Of a stretch of 35,707 nt of DNA, positions 33,092-35,707 are shown piece by piece. The stretch spans positions 1-35,707 of the forward strand of contig JBDGTS010000043.1 in the NCBI GenBank assembly GCA_042216675.1. Reading direction: 5' to 3'. A program made the position numbers and the translations under genes. How positions within the stretch are numbered: the first letter of the stretch is position 1; each line of letters begins with the position of its first letter. This stretch comes from Halobacteriaceae archaeon (GTDB lineage: Archaea; Halobacteriota; Halobacteria; Halobacteriales; Halobacteriaceae). Under the pieces are notes generated by a model, which was not told the DNA's origin, searched no databases, and was given only the letters and a program-made list of their open reading frames with translations.

Positions 33092-34734
33092 GGCGCGACC
33101 GCTTCGCGCCGGGCGGATTCGGGGACGGTGAAGGAGTCGAGGAGGCTGTCGAGGTCCGTCGCGCGCCCTTCGAGCGAGTTGACCTCCGTCTCGATCTGGT
33201 CGAGTGCCGCGGTTTGTTGTTGGGCCGCGGCCGCCACCGATTCCGACTCGGTAGCCGTCTCCGCGGCGATGCTAGCGACGTCGTCCACCATCTGAACGAC
33301 CTGTTGGGCGCTCTCGGCCCCCTGATCGGTGGCGTCGCTGATCTCCTGTACGCTGTCGTCCAGTTCCTCGACGACTGCCACGACGTCCTCGAAGTCACGG
33401 AGCGCCGCCTCGACAGTCTCGACGCTCGTTCGGACCTGCTCGCTCATCTCGCGCACGTCGGCGATGGTGTCGTCGGCGTCCTCCTGAACGTCCGAGACGA
33501 CGTCGCCGACCTCCTCGGCGGAGTCCCGCGTCTCCTCGGCGAGCGACTTCACCTCGTCGGCCACCACCTCGAACCCGTCGCTGTCGTCAGAGGCGTGTGC
33601 GGCCTCGATGGCGGCGTTGATGGCGAGGAGGTTCGTCTCCTCTGCGACGTCGTCGATGAACGAGACGATGTCGCCGATGCGGTCGATCTCTGCCACGAAG
33701 TCTTCGACGGCGCTCACCGTCGTCTCCATCGTCTCTTCGACGTCGTTGAGGGCGTCGATGGCGTCTCCAGCGGCCTCGCTTCCGGACCGGCCGCGGTCGG
33801 CCGCCTGCGTCGCCGTCTCCGCGACGGTGTCGGCGGTGGACGCGATTTCCTCGACGGTCGCGGAGAGGGTACTCATCTCCTCGGAGATCTCTTGGAGGTC
33901 CCGTGACTGCTCGTCGGCCCCGTCCGCGATCTCTCCGACGGAGACGGCGATGTCCCCGCTCGCCTCGCTGAGTTCCTCGACGCTCGTGCTGACGCTGACG
34001 GTGGCGTCGGCCACGTCGCCGGCGAACGTCTGGGCCTCGGCAACCGTTTCCCCGACGGTGTCGAGGAGGGCGGTGTAGTTCTCGACCAGTTCGCGGTACT
34101 CCGGTGCCACCGCGTCGTCGTCGACGGTCGCCGTGAGGTCGCCGGACCGGGCGCGTTCGGCGGCGTCGTCGAATGCGGCCACGAGGTCGGCCATCTGCTC
34201 GGAGCGCCGTTCGAGGTCGGCGGTGTAGGTGCGGAGGTTCTCGGCCATCTGGTCGAGGGCGTCGCCGAATTCGCCGGGCACGGAGTCGTCGAGGACCGGG
34301 TCGTCGAACTCCTGTTCCGCGAGCGCCGACGCCTGTCGCGACACGAGGTCGATGTGGTCAGCCATCGCCGAGAACGAGCGCTGGAGGTCCCCGAGTTCGT
34401 CACGCTGGTCCGTCTCGGGGACGGAGACGCCCACCTCGCCGGCACCGATTGCGGCCGCCGCGCGGTCGAGTCGCTCTATCGGCGCGACGATGTCGCGACG
34501 CGTGATGAGGACCGTGTTGAGAAAGGCGACGGCCGCCGCGGCGAAAAAGCCCGCTTGTACCGCGAGGAGGACGCGGCCGCTCAGTAGCGCCGGAGAAACC
34601 ACCTGCACCACGGAGACGAGAAACTGGACGCTGACGGCGGTCAGAACCTTGCGTTCGACCGACTTCGAGACACCGATTACGTCCATCGTCGACCAGAGCA
34701 AGTCGCAGTACCGCCGTTTGATCCCACCGAACAT
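33088..34734 (-). CDS. Methyl-accepting chemotaxis protein (halobacterial transducer, Htr) with two TM helices and HAMP domains
   Basis: HAMP PIERL...DELGDL, signalling hairpin TNLLAINAAIEAA...GFEVVADEVKSLAEET. TTTATAAG TATA at 34768-34761. Confidence 0.93.
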   Translation of the reverse strand: MFGGIKRRYCDLLWSTMDVIGVSKSVERKVLTAVSVQFLVSVVQVVSPALLSGRVLLAVQAGFFAAAAVAFLNTVLITRRDIVAPIERLDRAAAAIGAGEVGVSVPETDQRDELGDLQRSFSAMADHIDLVSRQASALAEQEFDDPVLDDSVPGEFGDALDQMAENLRTYTADLERRSEQMADLVAAFDDAAERARSGDLTATVDDDAVAPEYRELVENYTALLDTVGETVAEAQTFAGDVADATVSVSTSVEELSEASGDIAVSVGEIADGADEQSRDLQEISEEMSTLSATVEEIASTADTVAETATQAADRGRSGSEAAGDAIDALNDVEETMETTVSAVEDFVAEIDRIGDIVSFIDDVAEETNLLAINAAIEAAHASDDSDGFEVVADEVKSLAEETRDSAEEVGDVVSDVQEDADDTIADVREMSEQVRTSVETVEAALRDFEDVVAVVEELDDSVQEISDATDQGAESAQQVVQMVDDVASIAAETATESESVAAAAQQQTAALDQIETEVNSLEGRATDLDSLLDSFTVPESARREAVAP

Positions 34735-34853
34735 ATCTTCCTGTTGGTATTCGGAAGGGGCTTATAAACGGGACGTTCGCTATCAACGACTGAAAACAGT
34801 CGGCACGGACGCGAACCGACCCCTTTTACTCACGGCCACGCCGAGGTCCGGGT

Positions 34854-35707
34854 ATGTCGGAGGACTACCGAATCGAGCAGGACAGCCTCGGCGAGATGGA
34901 GGTTCCCAGCGACGCCTACTGGGGCGCACAGACACAGCGCGCGGTGGAGAACTTTCCCATCAGCGACCGACGCTTCGGGCGGCGCTTCGTCCGCGCCCTC
35001 GGCGTCGTGAAGAAGGCGGCGGCGCAGGCCAACCGGGACCTCGGCACCGTCGACGAGGAGACGGCCGACGCCATCGTGGCGGCGGCGGACGAAGTCATCG
35101 CCGGCGACCACGACGACCAGTTCCCCGTCGACGTGTTCCAGACGGGGTCGGGCACCTCGACGAACATGAACGCAAACGAGGTCATCGCCAACCGCGCCTC
35201 CGAGATTCTGGGCGAGGAAATCGGCTCGCGCGCCGTCCACCCCAACGACGACGTGAACTTCGGGCAGTCCAGCAACGACGTGATTCCGACGGCGATGCAC
35301 GTCGCGTCCCTCGAAGCGCTGGTGAAGGACGTGGAACCCGGCCTCGAAGTCCTCCGCGACGAACTCGCCGCGAAGGAAGACGAATTCGACGACGTGGTCA
35401 AGACGGGCCGCACCCACCTGCAGGACGCGACGCCGGTCCGTCTCGGACAGGAGTTCGGCGGCTACCGGACGCAGGTCGAGAAGGGCATCGAGCGAGTGCA
35501 GGCGGCACAGGACAGCCTACGGGAACTCGCCCTCGGCGGCACGGCCGTCGGCACGGGCCTGAACACCCACCCCGACTTCCCGCCCCTCGCGGCCGAGTAC
35601 ATCAGCGAGGAGACGGGCGTCACGTTCGAGGAGGCCGACGACCACTTCGAGGCGCAGGCCGCCCACGACGCGATGAGCGAGGCCCACGGGGCGCTCCGCA
35701 CCGTCGC
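34854..35707 (+). CDS. fumC: Class II fumarate hydratase, 3'-truncated by the window edge (not in the ORF track)
   Basis: MSEDYRIEQDSLGEMEVPSDAYWGAQTQRAVENF, FQTGSGTSTNMNANEVI, HPNDDVNFGQSSND, KTGRTHLQDATP, GGTAVGTG. Confidence 0.96.
   Translation, partial: MSEDYRIEQDSLGEMEVPSDAYWGAQTQRAVENFPISDRRFGRRFVRALGVVKKAAAQANRDLGTVDEETADAIVAAADEVIAGDHDDQFPVDVFQTGSGTSTNMNANEVIANRASEILGEEIGSRAVHPNDDVNFGQSSNDVIPTAMHVASLEALVKDVEPGLEVLRDELAAKEDEFDDVVKTGRTHLQDATPVRLGQEFGGYRTQVEKGIERVQAAQDSLRELALGGTAVGTGLNTHPDFPPLAAEYISEETGVTFEEADDHFEAQAAHDAMSEAHGALRTV

Overview
High-GC haloarchaeal (class Halobacteria) chromosomal segment, judged from acidic proteins, Tat/lipobox and PGF-CTERM surface proteins, srp19, gar1, fen1, presenilin and leaderless TATA promoters. 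The left part (about 2.1-10.8 kb) is an anaerobic/denitrification-linked cluster. It holds copper nitrite reductase nirK divergent from a halocyanin, two transcription regulators, a DUF2249 protein and a cysteine synthase. These are followed by a translationally coupled trio: a His-rich CGCGG protein, an AhbD/NirJ-like radical SAM enzyme with a degenerate SPASM domain, and a stand-alone glutamyl-tRNA reductase (HemA) dimerisation domain. An ABC exporter comes next. The cluster carries repeated copies of a CGAAC-N2-GTTCG palindrome, which sits 38 nt upstream of four candidate start codons with no TATA box in between. The rest is mostly conserved haloarchaeal content: TPP enzyme, FAD/Fe-S oxidoreductase, surface nuclease and metallopeptidase, BtuCDF-type ABC importer, srp19-gar1-presenilin, ornithine cyclodeaminase family, fen1, bPH_2 pair, PAS histidine kinase, chemotaxis transducer and the start of fumC. 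No rRNA, tRNA, CRISPR or mobile element was recognised. All family calls come from motif recognition by eye, not from database searches.
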